Below are positions 20,507 to 30,837 of a stretch of DNA of 64,000 nt, piece by piece; within the stretch, counting starts at the first letter, position 1, and every line of letters starts with the position of its first letter. The notes below the pieces were generated by a model that saw nothing but the letters and a program-made list of their open reading frames with translations, was not told the DNA's origin and ran no database searches. Where the stretch lies: IMG/VR virus record IMGVR_UViG_3300047557_001530, positions 32,001 through 96,000 of that record. One strand, given 5' to 3'. The stretch is from a virus. The translations under genes and the position numbers were made by a program.

Positions 20507-21337
20507 ATGGCAAAGCCATCTACCAGACAGCAACTAATTGACTATTGCAAAAGGCAGTTAGGTGCTCCTGTGCTGCAAATTAATATTGATGATAATCAAA
20601 TTGATGATATTATTGATACAGCAATTCAATATTATCAAGAATATCATTTCGATGGTATTGAAAGGATGTATCTTAAGCATGAATTTACAGCCGAGGATGT
20701 AGAAAGATTTCAAGAAACTAATGAACTTTCAAACACAACTAATCCAGATGGTGCTGACTGGGAAAATAGAAAGAATTTTATTGAAGTTCCAGACCACGTA
20801 ATTGGTATTCAAAAAGTATTTGGTGTTACTTCAAACCTTTCTGCGAACGAAATGTGGGGCTTAAGTAACCAGTATTTCTTGCTTGATATTTTTTCATTCT
20901 CGTCAGGTTATACTTTTGGCAACTTTGATATGTCATACTACTATATGATTAAACAGTATTTTGAAACCCTTGATATGGTTGTCAATACTGGTGGTCTTGT
21001 AGAGTATCGTTATAACAAACGTCAAGATAGACTCTATATTGATATTGATAGAAAGAGAGTTATTGAAGGAAGGTATCTTATTATTGATTGCTGGAGAGCA
21101 CTAGACCCAGCAGAATGGAATCAGGTTTGGAACGATAGTTTTGTCAAGCGTTATGCCACTGCTTTAATGAAGCGTCAGTGGGGTCAGAACCTTATCAAGT
21201 ATAACAACGTTCAGTTGCCTGGTGGTATCACATTAAATGGTCGTCAGATCTGGGAGGATGGCGATGCTGAAGTTAAAGATCTGGAAGCAAGAATGCTTAC
21301 GGATTACTCCCTACCTCCAATGGATATGATCGGATAA
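20507..21337 (+). CDS. gp13: Neck protein
   Basis: MAKPSTRQQLIDYCKRQLGAPVLQIN...QWGQNLIKY...LPGGITLNG; position before gp14. Confidence 0.95.
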   Translation: MAKPSTRQQLIDYCKRQLGAPVLQINIDDNQIDDIIDTAIQYYQEYHFDGIERMYLKHEFTAEDVERFQETNELSNTTNPDGADWENRKNFIEVPDHVIGIQKVFGVTSNLSANEMWGLSNQYFLLDIFSFSSGYTFGNFDMSYYYMIKQYFETLDMVVNTGGLVEYRYNKRQDRLYIDIDRKRVIEGRYLIIDCWRALDPAEWNQVWNDSFVKRYATALMKRQWGQNLIKYNNVQLPGGITLNGRQIWEDGDAEVKDLEARMLTDYSLPPMDMIG

Positions 21338-21338
21338 A

Positions 21339-22211
21339 ATGCCTACCAGTCCTTATTTTCCAAGCTATTACGATGGTTATCAAGGCGAACAAGATCTAGT
21401 TCAGGATCTTGTTGACGAACAGATCAAGCTGTTTGGATCTGATATCTATTATCTACCAAGAACTATTCTTAAGGATAATACATTAGATGATCTAATCTAT
21501 TCAAAATTTGAAGATCAGTTTCAAGTTGAGATGCTTCTGCAAAATGTAGAAGGATTTGGTCAATCAGAATTTGTTAGTAAGTTTGGTCTCAAGATAACTC
21601 AAGAAATTAAGTTTCATGTTTCTTCTAGAAGATGGAGAGAAGAAGGTGCTGCTTTTAATTTGGATGTTAGACCTTTAGAAGGAGATTTACTTTATTTCCC
21701 GCTAACTAAAGACTTATACGAAATTAAATTTGTTCAGGTGGAAGAGGTATTCTTCCAGTTTGGTCAGCTACCATTCTATTCTATCACTGCTGAAATCTAC
21801 GAGGTTGGTAGTGATAAATTTGATACTGGTGTTGGTGATATTGACACGGTAGAACTAACCACTAGTGCTGCTATCAATATTGTATTTGAGGAAGATAGCG
21901 GAGATACTGATTTTGAAATTGGCGAAACAATTACTAGCCTGTTGTCTGATGTAACTGCCACAGTATCTGCTTGGAATGCAGAAACAAGAACATTAACTGT
22001 GATTAATAGATCAGGAACATTTATTGAAAGTGAGTTTGTAACTGGTGCTGATAGTGGTGCTCAATGGACTATCGAATCATTCTCAACTATCGAAGATACA
22101 AATACTGAGTACGACGAAAATAAATATATTGAAAACGAGTCAGACGATATTCTTGATTTTTCTGAAAGAAATCCGTTTGGTGAATATGGTAATTTCATGG
22201 ATAGCTTCTAA
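21339..22211 (+). CDS. gp14: Neck/head closure protein
   Basis: EQDLVQDLVDEQIKLFG.DIYYLPR, SKFGL, PLEGDLLYFP, FSERNPFGE. Confidence 0.95.
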   Translation: MPTSPYFPSYYDGYQGEQDLVQDLVDEQIKLFGSDIYYLPRTILKDNTLDDLIYSKFEDQFQVEMLLQNVEGFGQSEFVSKFGLKITQEIKFHVSSRRWREEGAAFNLDVRPLEGDLLYFPLTKDLYEIKFVQVEEVFFQFGQLPFYSITAEIYEVGSDKFDTGVGDIDTVELTTSAAINIVFEEDSGDTDFEIGETITSLLSDVTATVSAWNAETRTLTVINRSGTFIESEFVTGADSGAQWTIESFSTIEDTNTEYDENKYIENESDDILDFSERNPFGEYGNFMDSF

Positions 22212-23023
22212 TGTTAGGTAATCATTTTTATAACGAGGCGATACGAAAAACGGTAGTCGGCTTCGGAACACTATTCAATAATATCGAAGTTCAAAGGAAA
22301 GATCCTCAGACTAAAGAAGTCATTGAGGTTCAGAAAGTTCCTCTTGCTTACGGACCAAAGGATAAGTTTATTGCTCGTATCGAGCAAAACATAGATCCTA
22401 CTCCAGGAGCACCATATGAGAATATGAGAATTCCTCGTATGTATTTTGAAATGAAAGGAATTAATTATGATGGATCAAGAAAAGTAAGTCCTATTCAAAA
22501 ATACAAAAATGTTATTGCAGACAATGGGAATGAAATAAGGGTGCAGTATGTTCCTGTTCCTTACAATGTTGATTTTGAACTTGGCGTTCTTGTCAAATCA
22601 CAAGATGATGGGCTGCAGATTGTTGAGCAGATTCTACCATACTTTCAACCAAATTTCAACATCACTGTCAATTTTATTCCAGAAATGGATGAAAAGAAAG
22701 ATGTTGCTATCGTAATGAATAGTGTTGATCTTGATGATGCTTGGGACGGTGAGTATGCCAGCCGAAGATCTATTATTTGGACTTTTCAGTTTACTGCTAA
22801 GTCATACATTTATGGTCCCTTTAATCAGGCTGACATCATTCGTAAAGCTATTATTTACGAAACAGTTGGTGATCTTGATCAAGGAAAGCGTAATGCTAGA
22901 TTTACATATTCTCCGCAGGCATTACAAGATTATAATGAAGATGGTGTAATTAATCAAGCGGATGATCCGTTTGTAACTGCAGACGATGATTTTGGATTTA
23001 ACGGAACTATTGATCTACTATGA
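22211..23023 (+). CDS. gp15: Tail sheath stabiliser/terminator
   Basis: HFYNEAIRKTVVGFGTLFNNI, VPLAYGPK, QIVEQILPYFQP. Confidence 0.95.
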   Translation: MLGNHFYNEAIRKTVVGFGTLFNNIEVQRKDPQTKEVIEVQKVPLAYGPKDKFIARIEQNIDPTPGAPYENMRIPRMYFEMKGINYDGSRKVSPIQKYKNVIADNGNEIRVQYVPVPYNVDFELGVLVKSQDDGLQIVEQILPYFQPNFNITVNFIPEMDEKKDVAIVMNSVDLDDAWDGEYASRRSIIWTFQFTAKSYIYGPFNQADIIRKAIIYETVGDLDQGKRNARFTYSPQALQDYNEDGVINQADDPFVTADDDFGFNGTIDLL

Positions 23024-23442
23024 ACGAGTTTGAAAAAAATATGGAACAAATATTTGATATTGAAGTTACAGCAGAAGAAACCGAGATTATTGAAGAGAAG
23101 CCAAAACCCCCAGCAAAGAAAGAAGACCCAGAAAAAGATTACGAATATACCAGGGGTCAACTATACGACCTCATAGAGAAGGGCCAGGAGGCCGTACAAG
23201 GGGCCTTAGAGGTTGCTCAGGAGTCAGGGCACCCTAGAGCGTTTGAAGTCGCTGTGAACGCTATGAAGCAGGTCTCAGACATGACTGATAAATTAATTGA
23301 TCTTCAAAAGAAAATGAAGGATCTTGATGCCCCAGTTAAAGGCAAAGGACCTACTACTGTTAATAATACAATGTTTGTTGGCAGCACTGCTGATCTTCAA
23401 AAAATGATTAAAGAAATGGGCAAGAATATGGCGGGAGAATAA
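23020..23442 (+). CDS. gp16: Terminase small subunit
   Basis: DYEYTRGQLYDLIEKG, HPRAFEV, NNTMFVGSTADLQK. Confidence 0.95.
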   Translation: MNEFEKNMEQIFDIEVTAEETEIIEEKPKPPAKKEDPEKDYEYTRGQLYDLIEKGQEAVQGALEVAQESGHPRAFEVAVNAMKQVSDMTDKLIDLQKKMKDLDAPVKGKGPTTVNNTMFVGSTADLQKMIKEMGKNMAGE

Positions 23443-23465
23443 ATATAAAATAAACGGTAATTAAA

Positions 23466-23744
23466 ATGAGATTCAAAATTCTCGATGAAGCGGTAACGCT
23501 AACAACAACCCCAAATGATATTGGTAAAGCAACCGACGTTTACCTATACAATAGTCATTCAGAACTATCTGGTGAAGCTTCTACCAGAACTATTTCTTTA
23601 TATGAAGCTGATGGCACAACTGTTGTAGGAAGTTTTGCTTTGACGGTTGGTATTCCTGTCATCATTAATAAAGATGCTGAGCAAAAACTCAAAGTAGATG
23701 GCGATAACAACGTCACTGCTACAAAAGTCGCTTACCTAGGATAA
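23466..23744 (+). CDS. Hypothetical protein, probably virion
   Basis: 92-aa beta-rich ORF after late promoter ATAAATA (about 23438), translationally coupled to the next gene. Confidence 0.65.
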   Translation: MRFKILDEAVTLTTTPNDIGKATDVYLYNSHSELSGEASTRTISLYEADGTTVVGSFALTVGIPVIINKDAEQKLKVDGDNNVTATKVAYLG

Positions 23745-25135
23745 TGGCACAGTATAGCAAACACTACGAAGATTTCCTACCACAGGAGAAAACAAACTTT
23801 GAGGTAGTCATGATTGCCGATAACTTCGGTAATCTCACTGCTGGTACAGGTGCCACTGCGGTTGATGCTTTCGGTCGTTTGAGAGTTGCTGAAACATTCA
23901 CTCTCGGTGATTACAAACATCTCTATGCTATTGATCCAAATTTTATTGATTTAAAAGAAAACGGTGGTGATATTCAATTTGCTGCCAATAAAGCAGCTGC
24001 CACGATGACTACAACATCTAATGTTGCTTCTCGTGCTTTACATCAAACAAAGTTCTATCACCATTACCAGCCAGGTAAATCTCAAGTTATCTTTAGTTCA
24101 GTATGCTTTGGTTACGCCCAGCAGAATGTAACCAAAAGAACTGGATACTTTGATGACAGAGATGGCATTTACTTTGAGCAAGTTGGAAATGGAACTTCTA
24201 ACGGTACAACCAATGGCACACTCAATTTTGTAGTTCGTTCATATGTTAGTGGTAGTGCTAGTGAAACAACGGTAGGAAACTACAAGAGAAGAGTTCCTCA
24301 ATCAGAATGGAATATCGATCCTTGTGATGGAACTGGTCCTTCCAAATTTAACATCGATACTTCAAAAACACAACTAGTTTATATTGACTTTCAATGGCTT
24401 GGAGTTGGTAGAATTCGATGTGGATTTGTACACAACGGACAAATTATTTTAGCACATGAATACTACTGCTCTAACGAACTAGCAGAAGTTTATATGTCAA
24501 ATCCTAATCTCCCAGTAAGATGCGAGATTAAAAATACTGGCACAACTACTGGTGGATCTATGAATCAGATTTGCTCTACGGTAATGTCGGAAGGTGGATA
24601 TGTTGAGAGTGGTATTGACTGGGCAGTTACTTCTCCAGCAACTAGAACGAGTATTGCTCCTGGAGGAACTAGATTTCCTTTGCTGGCAATCCGTCTCAAA
24701 AACGATTTCAAAGGTTATCCAAATAGAATTAGTGTAAGACCAAATACGATTGGAATTTTTGCTCAATCTGGCGATTGCTATTATGAATTAATCAAACTAT
24801 CAAATGCCAGTCAATTAACCACATCTTTAAATGGTGGCACTTTGACTTGGACAGATGCTGATGATGATAGTGGTGTTCAATATTGTGTAAATGCCGAAGC
24901 AATTACTGGAAGTGTTGATGTATTTGCTGCTGGTATTGTAACTGCTGGGGCATCGCCAAACTCACTTACTCCAGTAGCATCTGGTGGTCTAACGACGGCG
25001 AAGAAAAATATTATTGTTCAGAATTTAGATTCAACAAATTCTGAAGTGTTTGTTATTGCTGTAAAAACTATTAGTGCTGCTAGTAATGCTACTGCTAATG
25101 TTGCCGCTACTATTCAATGGAGGGAGATTTACTAA
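23744..25135 (+). CDS. Conserved hypothetical virion structural protein
   Basis: 463 aa; DAFGRLRV, YQPGKSQ, DFQWLGVGRIRCGF pattern; lies in the late operon. Confidence 0.65.
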   Translation: MAQYSKHYEDFLPQEKTNFEVVMIADNFGNLTAGTGATAVDAFGRLRVAETFTLGDYKHLYAIDPNFIDLKENGGDIQFAANKAAATMTTTSNVASRALHQTKFYHHYQPGKSQVIFSSVCFGYAQQNVTKRTGYFDDRDGIYFEQVGNGTSNGTTNGTLNFVVRSYVSGSASETTVGNYKRRVPQSEWNIDPCDGTGPSKFNIDTSKTQLVYIDFQWLGVGRIRCGFVHNGQIILAHEYYCSNELAEVYMSNPNLPVRCEIKNTGTTTGGSMNQICSTVMSEGGYVESGIDWAVTSPATRTSIAPGGTRFPLLAIRLKNDFKGYPNRISVRPNTIGIFAQSGDCYYELIKLSNASQLTTSLNGGTLTWTDADDDSGVQYCVNAEAITGSVDVFAAGIVTAGASPNSLTPVASGGLTTAKKNIIVQNLDSTNSEVFVIAVKTISAASNATANVAATIQWREIY

Positions 25136-25881
25136 TGAAAAAGAAAGTTCCCACCGAAAAAGAAATTGCTCGTAAGCATGGTGTGCCTGTTGAAAAAATT
25201 ATCAAACAGGCAGAAGTTGGTTCGACCGTAGAGCGAGAGCATGTTACTACACATGAAGAAGCATATGGTATTGCCCTTCAACATTTAGATGAATTTCCAG
25301 ACTACTACACTCATTTACTCAAAATGGAAAAAGAATTAAAAGCAAAACACAAAAAGAAAAAATCATACAAAGAAATCAAAGAATCTCTTGGTATGGTAGA
25401 GAACCATATCGATGTTGCTATGGGCAGAGAACTTGATGATGAAGGAGCAATGATTCTCAATCAACTTGATGAAATTGAAATGTGTTGTCAACACTTAAGA
25501 AAAACAATCACAGGAATGAATATGCAAGTTCCTGGCTGGGTACAAGCAAAGGTCACTCTTGCTGCTGATTATATTGATACTGCTGCTTCTTACATGGACA
25601 ACAAGAATGAAGAAACCGAAAAAAAGTCGATAGGCGAGTCTACATGGACTCGCAAAGCAGGACAAAATAAAAATGGTGGTCTAAACGAAAAGGGACGCAA
25701 ATCTTACGAAAGGGAAAATCCTGGCAGTGATTTGAAAGCTCCATCAAAAGAAGTTGGAAATCCTCGTAGAGCATCTTTCTGTGCCAGAATGCGGGGGTTA
25801 AAGAAAAAATTAACTTCAAAGAAAACTGCCAACGATCCAGATAGCAGAATCAATAAATCTCTTCGTGCTTGGAATTGCTAA
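25135..25881 (+). CDS. Three-module, probably capsid-internal protein (DUF5661-like, helical and DUF6321-like modules)
   Basis: ATG at 25135 overlaps the previous stop. Modules VEREH...IALQHLDE.PDYYT; DEGAM...WVQAKVTLAADYI; GGLNEKGRKSY...RRASFCARM...LRAWNC. Confidence 0.65.
   Translation: MKKKVPTEKEIARKHGVPVEKIIKQAEVGSTVEREHVTTHEEAYGIALQHLDEFPDYYTHLLKMEKELKAKHKKKKSYKEIKESLGMVENHIDVAMGRELDDEGAMILNQLDEIEMCCQHLRKTITGMNMQVPGWVQAKVTLAADYIDTAASYMDNKNEETEKKSIGESTWTRKAGQNKNGGLNEKGRKSYERENPGSDLKAPSKEVGNPRRASFCARMRGLKKKLTSKKTANDPDSRINKSLRAWNC
25620..25653 (+). other. Candidate -1 programmed ribosomal frameshift signal
   Basis: In-frame A_AAA_AAG (25620-25626), 7-nt spacer, perfect 7-bp stem gcgagtc/gactcgc. 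Confidence 0.55.
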
Positions 25882-25948
25882 CATAATATTGGTAATATTT
25901 GTTACACCGTAAACACTGTATTCTAAATATAATATTAACAGTCTAAAG

Positions 25949-26194
25949 GTGAGAATTATGGATACTAAAACCTGTCCCAAGTGTGGGGCACAGTGGATCG
26001 GCGGGCAGCATTTCTGGACTGGTACAAACAAGAAAGGTGATGAAACAGAGTTAGCATCTCTTGTTTGTGATAAGTTCGGGAATGATACATGTATTAATCC
26101 TTGCAAAGGAACTACCGATGGTAAAGGGTGGGAAAATAGATTAAATAATATGGATGCTATTGATAAAGATATACAGAGGACTTTGAATGAGTAG
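25949..26194 (+). CDS. Small Cys-rich hypothetical protein
   Basis: CPKCGA.W...LVC...CINP; overlaps the gp17 start; late promoter CTAAATA at about 25923. True start may be the ATG at 25958. Confidence 0.65.
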   Translation: MRIMDTKTCPKCGAQWIGGQHFWTGTNKKGDETELASLVCDKFGNDTCINPCKGTTDGKGWENRLNNMDAIDKDIQRTLNE

Positions 26195-27833
26195 TGATCA
26201 GATTTATTTGGGCAACCCGCTGCTAAAAAAAGCGAACGTTGCCCACAATTGGACAAAGGATGAAATTAAAGAATATATTAAGTGTAAGGAAGATCCTGTA
26301 TACTTTGCGGTAAACTACGTCAAAATTGTTTCGGTTGACGAAGGTTTGATTCCTTTCAGAATGTATGACTTCCAGAAAGAATTAGTTAATCGATTCCACA
26401 ACAATAGATTTAATATTGCCAAGCTTCCAAGACAGACAGGGAAATCAACCGTTGTGGTTTCCTATCTGCTTCACTATGCTTTGTTCAATGATAGTTCTAA
26501 TATTGGTATTCTAGCAAACAAAGCGTCTACTGCTAGAGACCTATTGGGAAGATTGCAGACAGCATACGAGAATCTTCCTAAGTGGTTGCAACAGGGTGTT
26601 ATCTCCTGGAACAAAGGTTCTATGGAACTAGAGAATGGTTCCAAGATCATGGCGGCGTCAACCTCAGCATCTGCCGTCCGAGGAATGTCATTCAACATTA
26701 TCTTCTTGGACGAATTTGCGTTCGTTCCAAATCACATTGCTGACGACTTCTTCTCGTCTGTATATCCTACCATTTCATCTGGTAAGAGCACGAAGGTTAT
26801 CATCATCTCTACCCCGTATGGTATGAACCACTTCTACAAGTTGTGGGTAGATGCTCAAAACAAACGAAACAATTATATTTGGACAGAGGTTCACTGGTCT
26901 GAAGTTCCTGGTCGTGATGCTAAGTGGAAAGAAGAAACAATCAAGAACACTTCAGAACGTCAATTCACTCAGGAATTTGAGTGCGAATTCTTAGGATCGG
27001 TTGACACTCTTATTTCTGCATCTAAACTTAGATCACTTGTTTTTGATACTCCAATCAGTTCAAACAAAGGTTTAGATGTTTATGAAAAACCAAACGAAAA
27101 ATCAGAATACATTATTACTGCCGACGTTAGTAGAGGTATAGGCGGTGATTATTCAGCGTTTATTGTTTTCGATATCACAACTGTTCCTTATAAGATCGTA
27201 GCAAAATATAGGAACAACGAGATCAAACCGATGCTTTTCCCCAACGTTATTAATGACGTTGCTAGGGCATACAATAATGCTTATGTATTGTGTGAAGTGA
27301 ACGACGTTGGTGATCAGGTAGCATCTATTCTTAACTACGATCTAGAGTATCCGAACGTATTGATGTGTTCTATGCGAGGTAGGGCAGGTCAAATTGTTGG
27401 ACAAGGATTCTCTGGAAATAAAACTCAGCTTGGATTGAAGATGTCCATTACTGTGAAGAAGGTTGGATGTGCCAATTTAAAACAGATGATCGAGGACGAC
27501 AAGCTGTTGTTTAGAGATTACGAAATCATCTCTGAGCTTACCACATTTATTCAGAAAAAGCAATCTTTTGAGGCTGATGATGGATTTCATGATGACCTTG
27601 TAATGTGTCTCGTTATCTTTGCCTGGCTTGCTGTTCAGGATTACTTTAAGGAAATGACGGACAATGATGTTCGTAAAAGAATCTACGAAGAGCAGAAAAA
27701 TCAAATCGAACAAGACATGGCTCCATTTGGTTTTATCACAACAGGGTTAGAGGGTGATGAAGGTTTTGTTGAAGATGGAGTTCTTTGGTATGGGGATACA
27801 CAAGAAGACATATCATATATGTGGAACCTTTAA
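26187..27833 (+). CDS. gp17: Terminase large subunit
   Basis: YLGNPLLKKAN, Walker A PRQTGKST, Walker B IFLDEFAF, nuclease ADVSRG...HDDLVM. Confidence 0.97.
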   Translation: MSSDQIYLGNPLLKKANVAHNWTKDEIKEYIKCKEDPVYFAVNYVKIVSVDEGLIPFRMYDFQKELVNRFHNNRFNIAKLPRQTGKSTVVVSYLLHYALFNDSSNIGILANKASTARDLLGRLQTAYENLPKWLQQGVISWNKGSMELENGSKIMAASTSASAVRGMSFNIIFLDEFAFVPNHIADDFFSSVYPTISSGKSTKVIIISTPYGMNHFYKLWVDAQNKRNNYIWTEVHWSEVPGRDAKWKEETIKNTSERQFTQEFECEFLGSVDTLISASKLRSLVFDTPISSNKGLDVYEKPNEKSEYIITADVSRGIGGDYSAFIVFDITTVPYKIVAKYRNNEIKPMLFPNVINDVARAYNNAYVLCEVNDVGDQVASILNYDLEYPNVLMCSMRGRAGQIVGQGFSGNKTQLGLKMSITVKKVGCANLKQMIEDDKLLFRDYEIISELTTFIQKKQSFEADDGFHDDLVMCLVIFAWLAVQDYFKEMTDNDVRKRIYEEQKNQIEQDMAPFGFITTGLEGDEGFVEDGVLWYGDTQEDISYMWNL

Positions 27834-28063
27834 TGGATATAGAAGATCAATTTTTGCTGGACCATCTTTTGTTTAGAGAAAGACGTTGTAGGTCTTGTGG
27901 AAAAGTAAAGGATCTTTTATCTGAATTTTATTTGACTAGAAAAGATAGAGCAACTGCAGCTTCTGCATATTCATATGAGTGTAAAAGTTGCACAATGCAA
28001 AGAATAAAAAAATCTAGAGGCAAAAAAAATTTGAAATCATTGTGGGAATATCCTGACTGGTAG
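27833..28063 (+). CDS. Small zinc-finger-like hypothetical protein
   Basis: ATG overlaps the gp17 stop; CRSC...CKSC, ending WEYPDW. Confidence 0.65.
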   Translation: MDIEDQFLLDHLLFRERRCRSCGKVKDLLSEFYLTRKDRATAASAYSYECKSCTMQRIKKSRGKKNLKSLWEYPDW

Positions 28064-28149
28064 ACTGTTCACGCATTGTTTCCCCATTCAAAAGATACGA
28101 AATCATAAATAATTTTAGATTTAATCTGGATCACCAAGAGGATATTAAA

Positions 28150-30117
28150 ATGTCAAGTCAAGTCTCTCCTGGAATTGTTCTCAAAGAGCGTGACCTATCT
28201 AATGTTGTGGTAACTAATGCATTGCAAATTACCGCTGCCTTTGCTTCTACATTTAAGAAAGGACCTATCAATCAAATTGTAAACATCAGCACTCAGAAAG
28301 AATTTGTTGATGTTTTTGGAAAGCCATCTGATGCTAATGCAGATGATTGGTTTGTTGCATCAGAATTTTTAAACTACGGTGGTAGACTAGCCGTTGTTCG
28401 TGCATCTTCTGGCGTTCTTAATGCTACTGCTGATGGCTCTGCCGTGCTAGTTAAAAACCAATTAGATTGGGAAGCTGGCACTGGATCATCAGAAAGATTT
28501 GTAGCTCGTACTGCTGGAACCTGGGGCAACTCACTCAAAGTAGTTGTTGTTGACAGAGGTGCTGATCAAATTATTACTTTAGCTGAAGTTCCTGATACTG
28601 TTCCTTCGGCTGGTTCCAATGTCACTTTCAATGTTGGTGCTGGAACCAAAACCGCTGAGGTTGTATCTTGGGATGGCACCACTAAGAAGCTTGTTGTTGT
28701 ATTAGATGATCCTACCACTTTAATTACTACAGCAAACACTCTTGAAGATGGTGCAAGTGATGTTGCTATTACTGCTGTAACTGATTGGTATCTAAACACA
28801 GAAATCGGCACCACTGGTATCGCTCTTTCTGCAGTTGGTCCTCGTCCTGGCACTTCTGAGTTTGCTGCTGCAAGAGGAATCAAGTATGACGAAGTACACG
28901 TTGCAGTAATTGATACGACTGGAGAAATCTCTGGTTCACCTAACACAATTCTAGAAAGACTAACTTATCTTTCAAAATTATCTGATGCAAGAAGTTCTGA
29001 AGGTGCAGTATCTTACTATAAGGATGTAGTTAATCTACAGTCTTCATACATCTATTCGGGAACTGCTCCAACCGCATCAATCAATCCTAGCACAACTGGT
29101 GCAGGTGAAGCTTGGGGTCAAGTATCCACAGCTTTAACTTCTGGTGATCTATTTGCTCTTTGTGCATTATCAGAATCTTCGCTCAGCGGTGGAACTGATG
29201 ACTATGCTTACTCAGAAGCAGAAATTGGTGATGCATACGATCTATTCTTAGATACCGAAGAGGCTTCAATTGACTTCGTACTCATGGGTGGTTCACTCTC
29301 AACTGAGAATGCTACTCTATCGAAGGCAAACAAAGTTATTCAAATTGCAACTTCAAGAAAGGATTGCCTAGCATTTGTTTCTCCTCACAAAGGAAATCAA
29401 ATCGGTACTAGCGGTGCTTACACTGCTACTCAACAAAGAGATAACACGGTTGCATTCTTCCGTGGTTTAACTTCAACTTCTTATGCTGTATTTGATAGCG
29501 GTTATAAGTATTACTACGACCGCTTCAATGATAAGTATCGTTACTTAGCTTGCAACGGAGACGTAGCAGGTTTATGTGTTGCTACTTCAGCATCTCTAGA
29601 TGACTGGTTCTCGCCTGCTGGTGTCAACCGTGGTTCTCTAAGAAATGCTATCAAACTAGCATACAATCCAAACAAAGCTGATAGAGACCTTCTATATCAA
29701 AACAGAATCAATCCTATTGTTTCTTTCCCTGGATCTGGTATTACTCTATTCGGTGACAAAACTGCCCTTGCTTCTCCAAGTGCATTCGACAGAATTAACG
29801 TTCGTCGTTTATTCCTCAATATCGAGAAGCGTGTAGAGCAACTAGCCAAGCAAGTTCTGTTTGAGCAGAACGATGAAGTTACCAGAGCTTCATTTGCTGG
29901 TGCAGTGAATTCATACCTCAACGAAGTTCAAGCTCGTAGAGGTCTTACTGATTACCTTGTGGTATGTGATGTATCAAATAACACTCCAGATGTTATTGAC
30001 AGAAATGAATTTGTAGCTGAACTATTCATTAAACCAACCCGCTCAATTAACTATGTTACCGTAACATTTACTGCAACGAAGACTGGAGTTTCGTTCAGTG
30101 AAGTAGTGGGACGATAA
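28150..30117 (+). CDS. gp18: Tail sheath protein
   Basis: SPGIVLKERD, FLNYGG, WFSPAGVNRG, FDRINVRRLF, IKPTRSIN. Confidence 0.97.
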   Translation: MSSQVSPGIVLKERDLSNVVVTNALQITAAFASTFKKGPINQIVNISTQKEFVDVFGKPSDANADDWFVASEFLNYGGRLAVVRASSGVLNATADGSAVLVKNQLDWEAGTGSSERFVARTAGTWGNSLKVVVVDRGADQIITLAEVPDTVPSAGSNVTFNVGAGTKTAEVVSWDGTTKKLVVVLDDPTTLITTANTLEDGASDVAITAVTDWYLNTEIGTTGIALSAVGPRPGTSEFAAARGIKYDEVHVAVIDTTGEISGSPNTILERLTYLSKLSDARSSEGAVSYYKDVVNLQSSYIYSGTAPTASINPSTTGAGEAWGQVSTALTSGDLFALCALSESSLSGGTDDYAYSEAEIGDAYDLFLDTEEASIDFVLMGGSLSTENATLSKANKVIQIATSRKDCLAFVSPHKGNQIGTSGAYTATQQRDNTVAFFRGLTSTSYAVFDSGYKYYYDRFNDKYRYLACNGDVAGLCVATSASLDDWFSPAGVNRGSLRNAIKLAYNPNKADRDLLYQNRINPIVSFPGSGITLFGDKTALASPSAFDRINVRRLFLNIEKRVEQLAKQVLFEQNDEVTRASFAGAVNSYLNEVQARRGLTDYLVVCDVSNNTPDVIDRNEFVAELFIKPTRSINYVTVTFTATKTGVSFSEVVGR

Positions 30118-30149
30118 TTATATACCAAAAATCATCGAGGTAAACAACA

Positions 30150-30803
30150 ATGGCGTATACAAGTAAACTCAGCGATTTCATTAGTAAGGTAGGACAAGGC
30201 GTAAAGCCTAACATGTTCCTAGTTGATCTTCAGTTTCCATCAGGATCTATCGGTGCTGGTGGAACTGGAACTGGTACTGTAACTGCAGACGAAAAAGAAC
30301 TTACCAATTTAATGTGTAAGTCTGCTGCACTTCCAGCATCAAACCTAGGAGTTATCGAAGTTCCTTTCCGTGGTCGTACAGTAAAAATTGCTGGCGACAG
30401 AACTTTCGATACCTGGAGCCCAACATTCATCAATGATAAGGACTTCAAGGTTCGTGCAATCATGGAGCAGTGGTCAGAAGCGATCAATGGTCATGCTGGT
30501 AACACGGCTGATCTTCTTACTCCTTCTGCTGCAGATGCAAATGGTTACACAGCACACCTTCTAGTTCACCAACTAGAGAAAGCTCCAACTCCAGATGCAA
30601 ATGGCATTGGTGGTAATATTCTCAGAACTTACAAGCTCTGGTATGCATTCCCAACCAATATTTCTCAGATTGATCTTGCTTATGATAGCAATGACCAAAT
30701 TGAAGAGTTCTCAGTTGAGTTCCAGTATTCATACTGGACTACAGAAACTCCAAGCAACGCAAGACAAAACGCATCAAATCGTCAAATTAACGCTGACGTT
30801 TGA
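30150..30803 (+). CDS. gp19: Tail tube protein
   Basis: CKSAALPAS.LG.IEVPFRGRTVKIAGDRTF, IEEFSVEFQYSYW. Confidence 0.97.
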   Translation: MAYTSKLSDFISKVGQGVKPNMFLVDLQFPSGSIGAGGTGTGTVTADEKELTNLMCKSAALPASNLGVIEVPFRGRTVKIAGDRTFDTWSPTFINDKDFKVRAIMEQWSEAINGHAGNTADLLTPSAADANGYTAHLLVHQLEKAPTPDANGIGGNILRTYKLWYAFPTNISQIDLAYDSNDQIEEFSVEFQYSYWTTETPSNARQNASNRQINADV

Positions 30804-30837
30804 TAACTAAATAGAGTATCGAATTAAATAATTTAAT

